DNA of 64,000 nt, from NCBI GenBank assembly GCA_030390025.1, contig CM059433.1:16494001-16558000 (forward strand), read 5' to 3'. Positions 11,658 to 22,789 of the stretch are shown piece after piece. Under the pieces are notes generated by a model that was given only the letters and a program-made list of their open reading frames with translations, was not told the origin of the DNA and ran no database searches. Source of the DNA: Squalus acanthias. Its lineage: Eukaryota. The translations under genes were made by a program, and so were the position numbers. Positions within the stretch are counted from its first letter, which is position 1; every line of letters begins with the position of its first letter.

Positions 11658-12491
11658 AGGCCTTAATTTACCATCCGAGCCCTTGCAAGCATCCAGCAGC
11701 ACTTAAAAACTTTTCACATCTATTGCAGCAAGCCACCAATTCATTAAAATAAAAAAAAAATCCAAACCTTACATTCAAACTTACCTAACGATGTGTGTCC
11801 CTTTAAGAGGTGCAGACATCACCACTGACAGCCTGCTTGCACGCCAGGTCAGTTGATTGCGGAGAAGGTTGGTGTTGTTGTTGGTGCTGCTGGTGTGCAT
11901 GGTGCTGTTGATCGTGGTGGGATTCTGATGACCAAGGTGAGATATTTTCAAGGGCACCGATGCTGATGTAATAGATGGCAGGTGAACTTGAGATGACAGA
12001 AGCAATCTGTCAATGGTGAGAAAGGTTGTTCCAATGAGGTGACACTGGATAGAGAGTTGGCTCCAAACACTTGCAACCTGCAGAAAGCTCAATCTGTCTT
12101 CCAAATGCAGTAAGCAACAGCTTCTGAGCTTGGAAAGTGAACAGATGTGAGATGGGAGCTTTTATAGAACATTTGCAGCTGGCAAGTAATGAGATGATTC
12201 CATGGTCATACAAATCCCGACCTGCTTACCTGACGTGATCCCTGAGCAGCGTGGACCCCGTGGGCGACCTCGTAAAATGTAAAGGTGAGCTCAAAAGACT
12301 TTTTAATGGGCTGTTAACAAGGTCATAATAACCTGAATTGCCTCCCCTCACCGCTGTGTGTCAGGTCTGTTCAGCGCTGACAGACCAGACATCTGGGAAA
12401 GGCGCGTGGCGGCGGGTTGACAGCTGTCAAAAAAATTTCCCACCCGACCCTCAACCGAACGCGTCTGCTGCCCCCCTGAAAAATTCACCCC

Positions 12492-12585
12492 ATAGAGTTT
12501 ACAGCACAGAAACAGGCCATTCGGCCCAACCTACGCTGGTGTTTATACTCCACACGAGCCTCCGCCCACTCTATTTGCACCATCT
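12492..12585 (-). mobile_element. Short CR1 3'-tail fragment
   Basis: CAGCACAGAAACAGGCCATTCGGCCCAAC...CTCCACACGAGCCTCC, matching the 3' end at 42985-43055. Confidence 0.7.
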
Positions 12586-12857
12586 CAAGGAGTGTTCTAA
12601 TGACAATCCTCAGTACTAAGCTAACCCGACAGAACATTGCAGTGTGAAAATATTTCTTTATTTTCTCATCTACACAAATGATCACTGAGCTGCAACTGTT
12701 GACAGATTTGAACTGAGATTGTACGAGTTTTTGCAAACGTGCGTGTTCTGCTTCAGTTTGGACTTTGCCCACGGACTCAGCCCATTCCTGGTATGTGCAG
12801 CTCACTGGTGTTGCGACAGGTACCTCTGAATCTGTTTGTGTGGAAACTGATCACATT

Positions 12858-13167
12858 CACAGAATCCCCACAGTGCAGATAGAGGCCATTTCGGCCCATC
12901 GAGCCTGCACTGACACATATCCCACCCTATCCCCGTAACCCCATGTATTTAATCCCCCTAACACTAAGGGTCAATTTATCATAGCCAAATCAACCTAACC
13001 CGCACATCTTTGGACTGTGGGAGGAAACCGGAGCACCCGGAGGAAACCCACGCAGACACGGGGAGAATGTACAAACTCCACACAGACAGTCACCCGAAGC
13101 CAGATTCGAATCCGGGTCCCTGGCGCTGTGAGGCAACAGTGCTAACCACTATGCCACCGTGTTGCCC
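12858..13167 (-). mobile_element. HE1-type tRNA-derived V-SINE (elasmobranch)
   Basis: tRNA-like head GGGCAACACGGTGGCATAGTGGTTAGCAC, V-domain (GTGGGTTTCCTCCGGGTGCTCCGGTTTCCTCCCACA) and CR1-type tail. Confidence 0.9.
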
Positions 13168-13959
13168 TGAATTAATGATTATTATTCACAAAATCTGCAG
13201 TTCTGAATCCAAAGCATTGTCGCAATCTTAGGATGTATCTTTTTATCTAGCTGGGCGCAACTTGGTAAGAATAGTCAGCTTATACCATTCTGCTTTGTTA
13301 AAACAATGTTTCATTGCTATTACATTTTCTGTTTTTGATATTCTAATTTTACTTTTTATTTATAACATTCTTTCCTGCCTTAGAAGCACACTTAACTGTG
13401 AAAGAATGTTCTTTTTTGATTCTATGGCATACTGCATATTTGTCTACATGCCTGAGGTCAGGAAAGCGACTGCATGCTACTCATTTGACAGATCCATCTG
13501 CCTTTCTGTCAACAAACCTGGTTCATTTGCAGTGAAACGTGCCTATAATGACCATCTATGGCACTGACACCAGGAGGTCTTTATAAACAGTTTCTCCTTC
13601 AGTGCAGGTTCAAGCTTGAATCATTGACACATTGTTCGGCTGATCATTATGTGTCACTAGAGATATCCACTCATTCTACACAGGTGGTCTTTGAGATGGG
13701 TTTCATTGCACCAGTTTTTGGAATTTAAATTATAAATACCTTAGCTCCCCGCCCCACCATGGCACTTTTTGATGCCGTGATTTACGACATAACATACATT
13801 GGATTTATTTTTCCTTTTTCCTGGCACTGGTGATAATTTTAGAATACTCTTTTCCGGTTGGCTGTCACTAGCACTGGTGGGATATTGTGCATATCAATTG
13901 ACATACACAGGTACATTTTAGGGAAATGTGAATGAATGAGATGTTAAAGACCATAGAAT

Positions 13960-14350
13960 GGGTTATTACCCCTCCCCAGTAACTCGTGCTGGTTCAATGG
14001 GCATTGATAGGCATCTGGGTACCTCCCCAAATGACTATTGATATATCTGAGCCTAGACTGTGAGTGTTGGCAGGCTTCTCAACCATGGAAGCATCATAAC
14101 CCAACCCTGTCCTCAGTTGATGTCCATATGTGAGTACAGGGGTTACTAGGTAGTGATCAGGAATGGAAGATTGGGTGATAATTCTTTCCTTAACCCAAGG
14201 GAATTGAAGGCAACTCTATCACCTCTATTGCTGTCCTTTCTGGGATAGCAAACTCAGCACAGACCAGGGAGCGAGCCTTCCAATTTCCCTGCTCTGTACA
14301 GCTTGGTGCAACATCAAACAATGCATGTACCCATTGAGCCATAAAGGAAG
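13960..14350 (-). mobile_element. Old tRNA-derived SINE (degenerate)
   Basis: Minus-strand head TGGCTCAATGGGTA...CCCTGGTCTGTGCTGAGTT; related fragments at ~16720-16920 and ~53850-53960. Confidence 0.5.
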
Positions 14351-14951
14351 CTCTATGAGCCTGTTTTTGATGCAGAGTCTCGGGTCTAAATACTGATGGG
14401 ATTGTACGGTGACCAAATCGTTTTAGTTCAATGATCTGTGCTGCTAATTTAACTTAATGACACCCAAACCACCCATCATATTTTAAATTGCCCATTAGCG
14501 GTGACCCAGGATTTTTATTTATAAATGTTGCAACTATCAGATTATTGACTTTACTATGGAGCGACAGCCTTTAACTGTTAATATCACCTGCTCAAAAGTA
14601 GAATAGCAGCGATGCTACTTTACCACTATTCTATAAGAAAATGTAAAGCTATTTTGGTACTTTCCCAATTACATCGTCAAGTTTGGATTCGGAGTGGCCT
14701 TTAAGATTTCTGTTGTAGTTTCCTCCTTGGGACTTAGTCATAGTTCCATTGCGGTAAATCAAAAAGTAATAGATCCAAATTTAAATTTCAATCTAGAAAT
14801 TCATCAGCTAAAATTTGAGATTAGTGCTATCAGTATTTTGTCCCATGGTGTTTGGGATTTCACTTTTCCATTGCCTTGGCATTGAATAAGATTTAGACCA
14901 CACTGGGTGTGGAGGGACACAGTGAGTGGAATTGTATAGAACTTAAAATCT

Positions 14952-16099
14952 CATAAGAACATAAGAAATAGGAGCAGGAGTAGGCCATTCGGCCACTCGA
15001 GCCTGCTCCGCCATTCAGTAAGATCATGGCTGATCTTCTACCTCATCTCAACCTTTCCTGCACTATCCCCATATCCCTTGATTCCCTTAACATCCAAAAA
15101 TCTATTGATCTCTGTCTTGAATATACTCAACGACTGAGCCTCCACAGCCCTCTGGGGTAGAGAATTCCAAAGATTCACCACCCTCTAAGTGAAGAAATTT
15201 CTCCTCATCTCAGTCCTAAATGGCCGACCCCTTATTCTGAGACTGTGACCCCTGGTTCTAGACTCCCCAGTCAGGGGAGACATCCTCCCTGCATCTACCC
15301 TGTCAAGCCCTGTAAGAATTTTGTATGTTTCAATGAGATCACCTCTAATTCTTCTAAACTCTAGGGAATATAGGCCCAGTCTGCTTAATCTCTCCTCATA
15401 GGACAATTCCCCCATCCCAGGAATCAGTCTGGTGAACCTTCGTTGCACTCACTCTATGGCAAGTATATCCTTCCTCAGGTAAGGAGACCAAAACTGTACA
15501 CAATACTCCAGGTGTGGTCTCACCAGGGCCCTATATAATTGCAGTAAGACGTCTTTACTCTTATACTCAAATCCTCTTGAAATAAAGGCCAACATACCAT
15601 TTGCTTTCTTAATTGCTTGCTGTACCTGCATGTTAACTTTTGTGTACAAGGACACCCAGGTCCCTCTGAACACCAACATTTCCCAATCTCTCACCATTTA
15701 AAAAATACTCTGCTTTTCTATTTTCCTACCAAAATGGATAACTTCACATTTCTCCACATTATTATTCCATTTGCCATGTTCTTGCCCACTCATTTAGCCC
15801 GTCAATATCCCCTTGAAGCCTTTTTGCATCCTCCTCACAACTTACATTCCCACCTAAATTTGTATCATCAGCAAACTTGAATATATTACATTTGGTACCC
15901 TCATCCAAATCATTGATGTGGATTGTGAATAGCTGAGGCCCAAGCACTGATCCTTGCGGTACCCCACTAGTTACAGCCTGCCAACCCGAAAATGACCCGT
16001 TTATTCCTACTCTCTGTTTTCTGTCCGTTAACCAATCCTCAATCCATGCTAGTATATTACCCACAATTCCATGAGCCCTAATTTTGTTTAATAACCTCT
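14952..16099 (-). mobile_element. CR1/HER1-type LINE, 5'-truncated, with 48-bp flanking duplication
   Basis: GVPQGSVLGPQLF, KFADDT and LEYCVQFWSP motifs; direct repeat at 14904-14951 and 16100-16147. Confidence 0.95.
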
Positions 16100-16267
16100 T
16101 GGGTGTGGAGGGACACAGGGAGTGGAATTGTATAGAACTTAAAATCTAGCATTTAAGAATGTTTTGCTTAAAATAACAACTGTCGAAAAACAATACACAT
16201 GAATTAAGTTATGAAGCAGCATTGTTTGTTAGAAACAACTCCATCGTTTAACTGTGAAAGGCACTGT

Positions 16268-16703
16268 AGAAAGAAAAAAAGGAAAAGAGAGACTTGCATT
16301 TATATAGCGCCTGTTATCACCTCAGGACGTCCCAAAGCGATTTAAAACCAATGAAGTACTTTTAAAGTAGGAGAAACGTGGCAGCCAACTTGCGCACAGC
16401 AAGCTCCCACAAACAGCAATGTGATAATGACCAATCTATTTTAGTGATGTTGATTGAGGGATAAATATCGGTCAGGACACCAGGGAGAACTCCCCTGCTC
16501 TTCTTTGAAATAGTGCCATGGGATAATTACGGAGCCTCGGTTTAATGTCTCATCCAAAAGACGGCAACTCCAACAGTGCAGCACTCCCTCAATACTGCAG
16601 TGGAGTGTCAGCCTAAATTTTGTGCTCAAGTCTTTGGAGCGGGACTGGAACCCACAACCAGCTGACTCAGAGGCAAGAGTGCTACCACTGAGCCAGGGCT
16701 GAC
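16268..16703 (-). mobile_element. DeuSINE/SacSINE1-type SINE with L2-type tail
   Basis: Head GTCAGCCCTGGCTCAGTGGTAGCACTCTTGCCTCTGAGTCA; tail GCTATATAAATGCAAGTCT; homologous to 25537-25995. Confidence 0.85.
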
Positions 16704-17039
16704 TTTGTCTTTTTTGTTCTTTAAGATTCCTCCCTTCTTCCTCCCGATTCATACCAGGCACTCGCCTGCGCCTTGCCCGAGTAGCTGACCTTCATGTATG
16801 AGCCTAGATAATAAGCGCATGCAAGAGAATTCATCCTGGGTGACACACACTTTCCACCAGGGGTCACTGCATGGCAATCAGGTGCAGGAAGCATTGCTCA
16901 TCTCCTCCTCCCTAGCCCAAGGCTACAAACTGAAAATAAGCCATGGTTCCTTTCACTGATTGCAGCTCCAACTGTAAAACAAATTAGAAATGAAATGTGA
17001 TACACAACAGAATCCTAAGTGGACTCATCCAATAGTTTG

Positions 17040-18393
17040 GCGATCCCACAATCAACGGATCAGAGCAAAGCTCTGCAGTCCTGCCGCATCCAGTCGTGAA
17101 TGGTGGTGGACCATTAAACAACTAACGGGAGGAGGAGGCTCCATGAATATCCCCATCCTCAATGATGGTGGAGCCCAGCACGTGAGTGCAAAAGACAAGG
17201 CGGAAGCGTTTGCAACCATCCTCAGCCAGAAGTGCCATATCAGCCTCCTTCTGAGGTCCCCACCATCACAGAAGCCAGTCTTCAGCCAATTCGATTCACT
17301 CCATATGATATCAAGATATGGCTGAGTGCACTGGATACAGCAAGGGCTATCGGCCCTGACAACATCCCGGCTGTCATGCTGAAGAATTGTGCTCCAGAAC
17401 TAGCCGTGCCTCTAGCCAAGCTGTTCCAGTACAGCTGCAACACTGGCATCTGTCCGACAATGTGGAAAACTGCCCAGATATGTCCTGTCCACAAAAAGCA
17501 GGACAAATACAATCCGGCCAATTACCGCCCCATCAGTCTACTCTCAATCATCAGCAAAGTGATGGAAGGTGTCATCGACAGTGCTATCAAGCGGCACTTA
17601 CTCACCAATAACCTGCTCACTGATGCCCAGTTTGGGTTCCGCCAAGACCATTCATCTCCCGACCTCATTACAGCTTTGGTCCAAACATGGACAAAGGAGC
17701 TGAATTCCAGACGTGAGGTGAGAGTGACTGCCCTTGACATCAAGGCAGCTTTTGACCGAGTGTGGCATCAAGGAGCCCTAGTAAAACTGAAGTCAATGGG
17801 AATTGGGGGGAAAACTCTCCACTGGCTGGAGTCATACCTAGCACAAAGGAAGATGATTGTGGAGGTTGGAGGTCAATCATCACAGCCCCAGGACATCGCT
17901 GCAGGAGTCCCTCAGGGCAGTGTCCTAGGCCCAACCATCTTCAGCTGCATCATCAATGACCTTCCCTCCAGAAATGGGGATGTTCGCTGATGACTGTACA
18001 GTGTTCAGCGCCATTCACAACTCCTCAGATAATGAAGCAGTCCATGCCCGCATGCAACAAGACCTGGACGACATTCATGCTAGGGCTGATAAGTGGCAGG
18101 TTACATTCACGCCTCACAAGTGTCAGGCAATGACTGTCTCCAACAAGCGAGAGTCTAACCACCGTCCATTGACATTCAACGGCATTACCATCGCTGAATC
18201 CCCCACCATCAACATCCTGGGGATCACCATTGACCAGAAACTTAACTGGACCAGCCACATAAATACTGTGGCAACAAGAGCAGGTCAGAGGCTAGGTATT
18301 CTGCAGTGAGTGTCTCACCTCCGGACTCCCCAAAGCCTTTCCACCATCTACAAGGCACAAGTAAGGAGTGTGATGGAATACTCTCCACTTGCC
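17040..18393 (+). mobile_element. CR1/L2-group LINE ORF2 fragment (reverse transcriptase), frameshifted
   Basis: GPDNIP, NYRPISLLS, QFGFR, ALDIKAAFDRVWH, GVPQGSVLGP and FADD motifs over ORFs 16990-17325, 17232-17990 and 17956-18309. Confidence 0.92.
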
Positions 18394-18980
18394 TGTGCTG
18401 TAAATTCTTTGTAAAAGCAAACCACAGACAATGCTATCATCTTCTTGTTCAATGGTTCCAAGAACAGCTTATAGAATCTATGCGAATATCACAGGGACAA
18501 AATTACTGCATGTCTTTTTTCCCCACTACAAACAAAAAAGTTTTGTCAAGTGCATTTTCTTAAAGACGGTGTCCCTTTAAAAAGTTTGTTGCATCAAATA
18601 TTCTACATGCAACATATCAGGATTATCAGTTCTTGTTCGTCACAGAAGTTTTTTGATGTGAAAGAACATATTTATTCTTGTTCACTGTATATTTACACAG
18701 TGATCATATCAGTACACTACACTGAGCCCGTTCTTGCAACATCCACATATAAATAGATTATTCTACTCATGGTCAAAAACAGTTTTTACCTTTAGATCTT
18801 AACACCACCCTATTAACATGATTTTGTCAAAAGTTACCTAATCTGTTGCTCCGTGTGAAATGAATCTTCATATCAAGTCACTGGACTAAAAATTCCACTG
18901 ATACAGATACAGAGGGAAACAAGATAGTGTCTGAAAAGAAGGGACATCTTTTGTGTCCCTTTTTATGTACTTTTACTTTA

Positions 18981-19146
18981 AGTTGGCAACCTGGGATAGC
19001 ATCGCTCTAAATGGTAGTGTGTGACCTCTGTGTGTTGCTTTTTCCTATTTACCTTTCCTCCTGCCACCACCTCAAGTCAAAGTCTACTGGAGAAACATGA
19101 TTGATGGCTACAGGTTAATAGAATCCAGCTCACACATTTAGAGGTA
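18981..19146 (+). repeat. Segment A, local duplicate of 23430-23596
   Basis: ~166-bp near-identical direct repeat of otherwise non-repetitive-looking sequence. Confidence 0.95.
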
Positions 19147-19150
19147 TTAA

Positions 19151-20043
19151 GGGGTAGAAATTAGGTCGCGCCCCATTTGGGGCGCAAATATCGTCCGGAC
19201 GCAAATATTAGCGCCTGGCGCTAATTATCGGCACTGACGGGAAACTTCACTTTTACCGCCCCGGGAGGTGAGTGGAGCGCTAAAGCAGGCGCTGCACACC
19301 TCTCTTAAGGCGCAAAGGCCGAGCAGTGAGGCGCTAACTCGGAGCGCTGGCGAAGCTCATGTAATGTCAGTCAGCAATGGAACACACACACAATGGCACG
19401 GGCCAGTTCTTAAAGGGGATGGTTAATCTTGCTTTCCATCCACATCCTGTTCATTGCTGCCTTGAATCTCGGCCTGGAGAGACTTGCACATCAAATGTGC
19501 TGGAAAGAACAATGGAGAGCACCAGGCAAAGAGCTCAGAGTGCAGCTCCCACGGTCTCTGCTAAATCGATACAAGGAATGGCAAATCAAAATGAACCTGC
19601 AAAGTGCTGCTCAGTACCCAAAACTCCTTCACACAACGTTGAATCTCTCCAGAAGTCTCTCCCTCTCTCTCTCAGAATGCGTAGTTCAAAAATGCCACCA
19701 ACAATAAAAGACAGGAAGAGGCCCCCTTTAAATAGCGCCCCCCCCAGCCCCACAGCGATTGATAGCGTTCCAGTCTTCCGGTCGTTGGAAGCGCCAGGCG
19801 GTAAGGCAGGGGGCGCCACTCAATTTCCGCTACGGGGCGCCCCAAGGGCGTTGCACCATGGAATGACGTCACAATCTGCGCGCGCAGGTGGTCGCAGCGG
19901 TAAGTTTTAGCGCCGCCGCACAATCTCAAGTTAAGTTCTCGAGCGGCGCAAACATCGCTGCGCCCGGGCGTTAGCGGCTTTGCGCCCCATTAGCGCCCTC
20001 TTAAGGCGCTAACGGGTGGCGCAACCAAGTGAATTTTTACCCC
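19151..20043 (+). mobile_element. Harbinger-type MITE family A, copy 4 (divergent subfamily)
   Basis: TIRs GGGGTAGAAATT / AATTTTTACCCC; TAA TSD; empty site preserved at ~28184. Confidence 0.92.
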
Positions 20044-20529
20044 TAAGTGTTTTTATATTGGGTGAGACCTATCCTAGTGTTGCTGGCTCCCAATGTGTGG
20101 GCTTCATGCAGCCAGAGGCAATCCCAGAGTAAACTTCCAGTTTGACCGTTTATCTCCTGGTCTTCCTGGCAGCTGGACTTACTTTGGGGTTGCTATGTAA
20201 ACCAGCAGCAGTAGAATGAGTCTTGTGCAATATTAAAGCAGCTATCTTGTGCAACAATGGCCCGTAATTTCCGATAGGAGGCTTCCTGTGTGCGGATGCC
20301 TCCTATCGGGAAAAAATCTACGCCCTTACCTGAGGGCTCCCGAGGTCCGGACTCTTCCGCTCCTGGGCCTCTCCTGAGGCCCAGGTATCCCAGGGGTGCA
20401 GGCGGTTCGCAAGCGTCCCTGGGATCACGTGGGCCAGGCGAGCCAATAGGAGAAGGGAATCTCCCTTCATACTTTTGACAGGTAGACCTGTCAAAAGTAT
20501 GAATGGGGATCACTGAAAAAAGACACTAC

Positions 20530-20775
20530 TGTGGCGGATCGCCACTTAAAACGGGCATAATCCACTCTTCCATCTGTGGACAAATTTCCAGCCCCTTCCC
20601 TTTAAGGCAGAAGGGGGCGGGGCCTCAGGTTTTACCCAGAGAATTCTGGGAGTTTACCCAGAGAATTCTGGGAGCAGCTTGCTGAGACATTTTGTTTTGC
20701 CATGCAGTGAATAAAAGCTTCTTGTTTTCCACATATGGATTCAGCCTCCATTCGTGTTTCGCGGCAGCCTCAACA
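20530..20775 (+). repeat. 5' LTR (246 bp)
   Basis: TGTGG...CAACA; AATAAA at ~20710; last 64 bp match 22787-22850 at 63/64; internal 22-bp tandem duplication 20631-20674. Confidence 0.92.
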
Positions 20776-20776
20776 T

Positions 20777-20790
20777 TGGTGACCCCGACG
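20777..20790 (+). promoter_or_regulatory. Primer-binding site complementary to tRNA-Trp 3' end
   Basis: TGGTGACCCCGACG one nucleotide after the 5' LTR; same as the start of the avian retroviral tRNA-Trp PBS. Confidence 0.9.
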
Positions 20791-20815
20791 CTCAGAACGT
20801 ATTCCGAGCACTGCA

Positions 20816-22789
20816 ATGGTGGACACGAACGCAGTTTCCGTGAAACTGCCAGAGTTTTGGGAAAACCAGCCCGAAGCCTGGTTTCTCCAAGCTGAATCTC
20901 GCTTCCGGCTGCGAAATATCACCACAGATGGGACGAAGTACGACTATCTCGTCACATCACTCAGTAGCGTCGCAGTTTCCAAGGTTTGGACAACGCTGCA
21001 GAACCCACCAGAGGAAGGCAAGTACGCACATCTCAGAACAGCGCTCCTTAAAAAATTTACGGCCTCGGCATATCAGCGAAACTGCCACCTCCTCGGCCTT
21101 CCAGGCCTCGGTGATGCCTCACCGTCAGACCTCCTCTCCCACATGCTCTCCCTCACCGACGAGAGCCCACCCGGATCCCTCTTCCGCACGCTGTTCATCC
21201 ACCAGCTCCCTCTCAGCATCCGCCCAGCGATCATGGCGTCCGGCCTCACGAACCTGGAAGCCCTGGCCGATGAGGCCGACAAGCTGCTGTCCGCTCACTC
21301 CAGCCGCGACGTCACTCCGGACCTGGCAGCCAATGCCTGGGCGCGCCCCTCACCATCCAGCCCGCGGCCACAAGGGCCTGTCACCAGGCCCATGGGGCCT
21401 TCACGCCCCACTAACCCGGGCCACTGTTACTACCATGCACGGTTCGGCGCCAGGGCACAACGGTGCACACCTCCTTGCTCTTTCAAGTCCGCCCCCGTTC
21501 CAGCCCCCGCGATGGCCGTGGGCCACGCGGGCTCCCTGCTGTTCGTCACAGATGACAAAACCGGCCGCCGGTTCCTGTGCAACACTGGGGCTCAGCACAG
21601 CATCATCCCGGCCTCCTCCCTTGACATCCAAAAGGGCGAACGAGGACCGGCGCTGGCTGCTGCTAACGGCTCGGAAATCCGGACGTATGGCACCCGGACA
21701 GTCACCCTCGACCTCGCTGGTCACCGCTACCGATGGGAGTTCATCACTGCCAAGGTGCTCTCCCCCCTCATCGGCGCAGATTTCCTGTGTGCCCACGGCT
21801 TACTGGTAGACATCCCTCGTCACCGCCTCGTGGACATGAACACCATGTCCCCCATCCTGGGCGCCATGGCCCCCCGTCAACCCGCCGACATGGCGTCACA
21901 GTGCCACGCCCGGGCCACGGATGACTACTCGGCACTCCTGGCCGAATTCCCGGCCCTTACCAATCCGACCTTCTCCGCGGAGGCCGCCAAACACGGGGTG
22001 GAACACTTCATCCCCACCACAGGCCCCCCAGTGTATGCCCACGCCCGCAGGCTGGACCCGGCCAAACTGGAGATCGCGCAGACCGAGTTTGCCACCATGG
22101 AACAGCTCGGCATCATCCGCCGCTCCAACAGTCCCTGGGCCTCCCCACTCCACATCGCCCCCAAACCAGGCGGGGGTTGGCGCCCCTGCGGGAATTACCG
22201 CCGCCTCAATGACGCCACCACCCCTGATCGGTACCCCGTGCCGCACATTCAGGACTTCTCGGCTAGACTGGCCGGCCGCTCAGTCTTTTCCAAGGTCGAC
22301 CTGGTGCGCGGCTACCACCAAGTCCCCGTCCACCCCGCGGACGTCCCCAAGACGGCCGTAATCACCCCCTTCGGCCTGTTCGAGTTCCTGCGGATGCCCT
22401 TCGGCCTCAAAAACGCGGCCCAGGCATTCCAACGGCTCATGGACTCGGTCCTTCGGGACCTGAAGTTCCTGTTCGTCTACCTGGACGACATCCTGGTAGC
22501 CAGTTCCTCCAAGCAGGAACACCTCGAACACCTTCGCATCCTGTTCGGGCGCCTCAGCGACCATGGGCTCATCCTCAGCCCAGCCAAATGCCAGTTCGGC
22601 CTGGACAAGATCGACTTCCTCGGCCACCACATCACCCATGCTGGGGCCATTGCCCTGCCCACCAAGGTGCAGGCCGTCCAACAATTTCCCCGCCCCACCA
22701 CCATCAAATGCCTCCAGGAGTTCCTCGGGATGGTGAATTTCTATAACCGCTTCATCCCCAAAGCGGCGTCCCTCATGAGGCCCCTGTAA
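20816..22789 (+). CDS. Gag-protease-RT polyprotein (657 aa), truncated before RNase H and integrase
   Basis: Gag VKLPEFW..PEAWF; C-x2-H-x9-C-x3-C motif (CYYHARFGARAQRCTPPC); protease FLC[N]TGA; RT SPWASPL, FSKVDL..GYHQ, MPFGLKNA, YLDD. The stop codon is created by the deletion junction. Confidence 0.92.
   Translation: MVDTNAVSVKLPEFWENQPEAWFLQAESRFRLRNITTDGTKYDYLVTSLSSVAVSKVWTTLQNPPEEGKYAHLRTALLKKFTASAYQRNCHLLGLPGLGDASPSDLLSHMLSLTDESPPGSLFRTLFIHQLPLSIRPAIMASGLTNLEALADEADKLLSAHSSRDVTPDLAANAWARPSPSSPRPQGPVTRPMGPSRPTNPGHCYYHARFGARAQRCTPPCSFKSAPVPAPAMAVGHAGSLLFVTDDKTGRRFLCNTGAQHSIIPASSLDIQKGERGPALAAANGSEIRTYGTRTVTLDLAGHRYRWEFITAKVLSPLIGADFLCAHGLLVDIPRHRLVDMNTMSPILGAMAPRQPADMASQCHARATDDYSALLAEFPALTNPTFSAEAAKHGVEHFIPTTGPPVYAHARRLDPAKLEIAQTEFATMEQLGIIRRSNSPWASPLHIAPKPGGGWRPCGNYRRLNDATTPDRYPVPHIQDFSARLAGRSVFSKVDLVRGYHQVPVHPADVPKTAVITPFGLFEFLRMPFGLKNAAQAFQRLMDSVLRDLKFLFVYLDDILVASSSKQEHLEHLRILFGRLSDHGLILSPAKCQFGLDKIDFLGHHITHAGAIALPTKVQAVQQFPRPTTIKCLQEFLGMVNFYNRFIPKAASLMRPL

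Larger units (their letters stand above)
9858..12491. mobile_element. Decayed Harbinger DNA transposon
   Basis: GGGG-starting TIR-like ends. Myb/SANT relic on + strand (~10340-10560; REPR...QCPNKLHDLRPLVK followed by GTCAGT donor). Acidic transposase-like C-terminus on - strand (~11316-11500). Confidence 0.65.

Noticed and set aside
18983..19143. Segment A as a coding exon (AG acceptor in one copy, GTAAGT donor in the other)
   Set aside because: Stops occur in all three frames, and the acceptor and strong donor now lie in different copies; at most a former non-coding exon.
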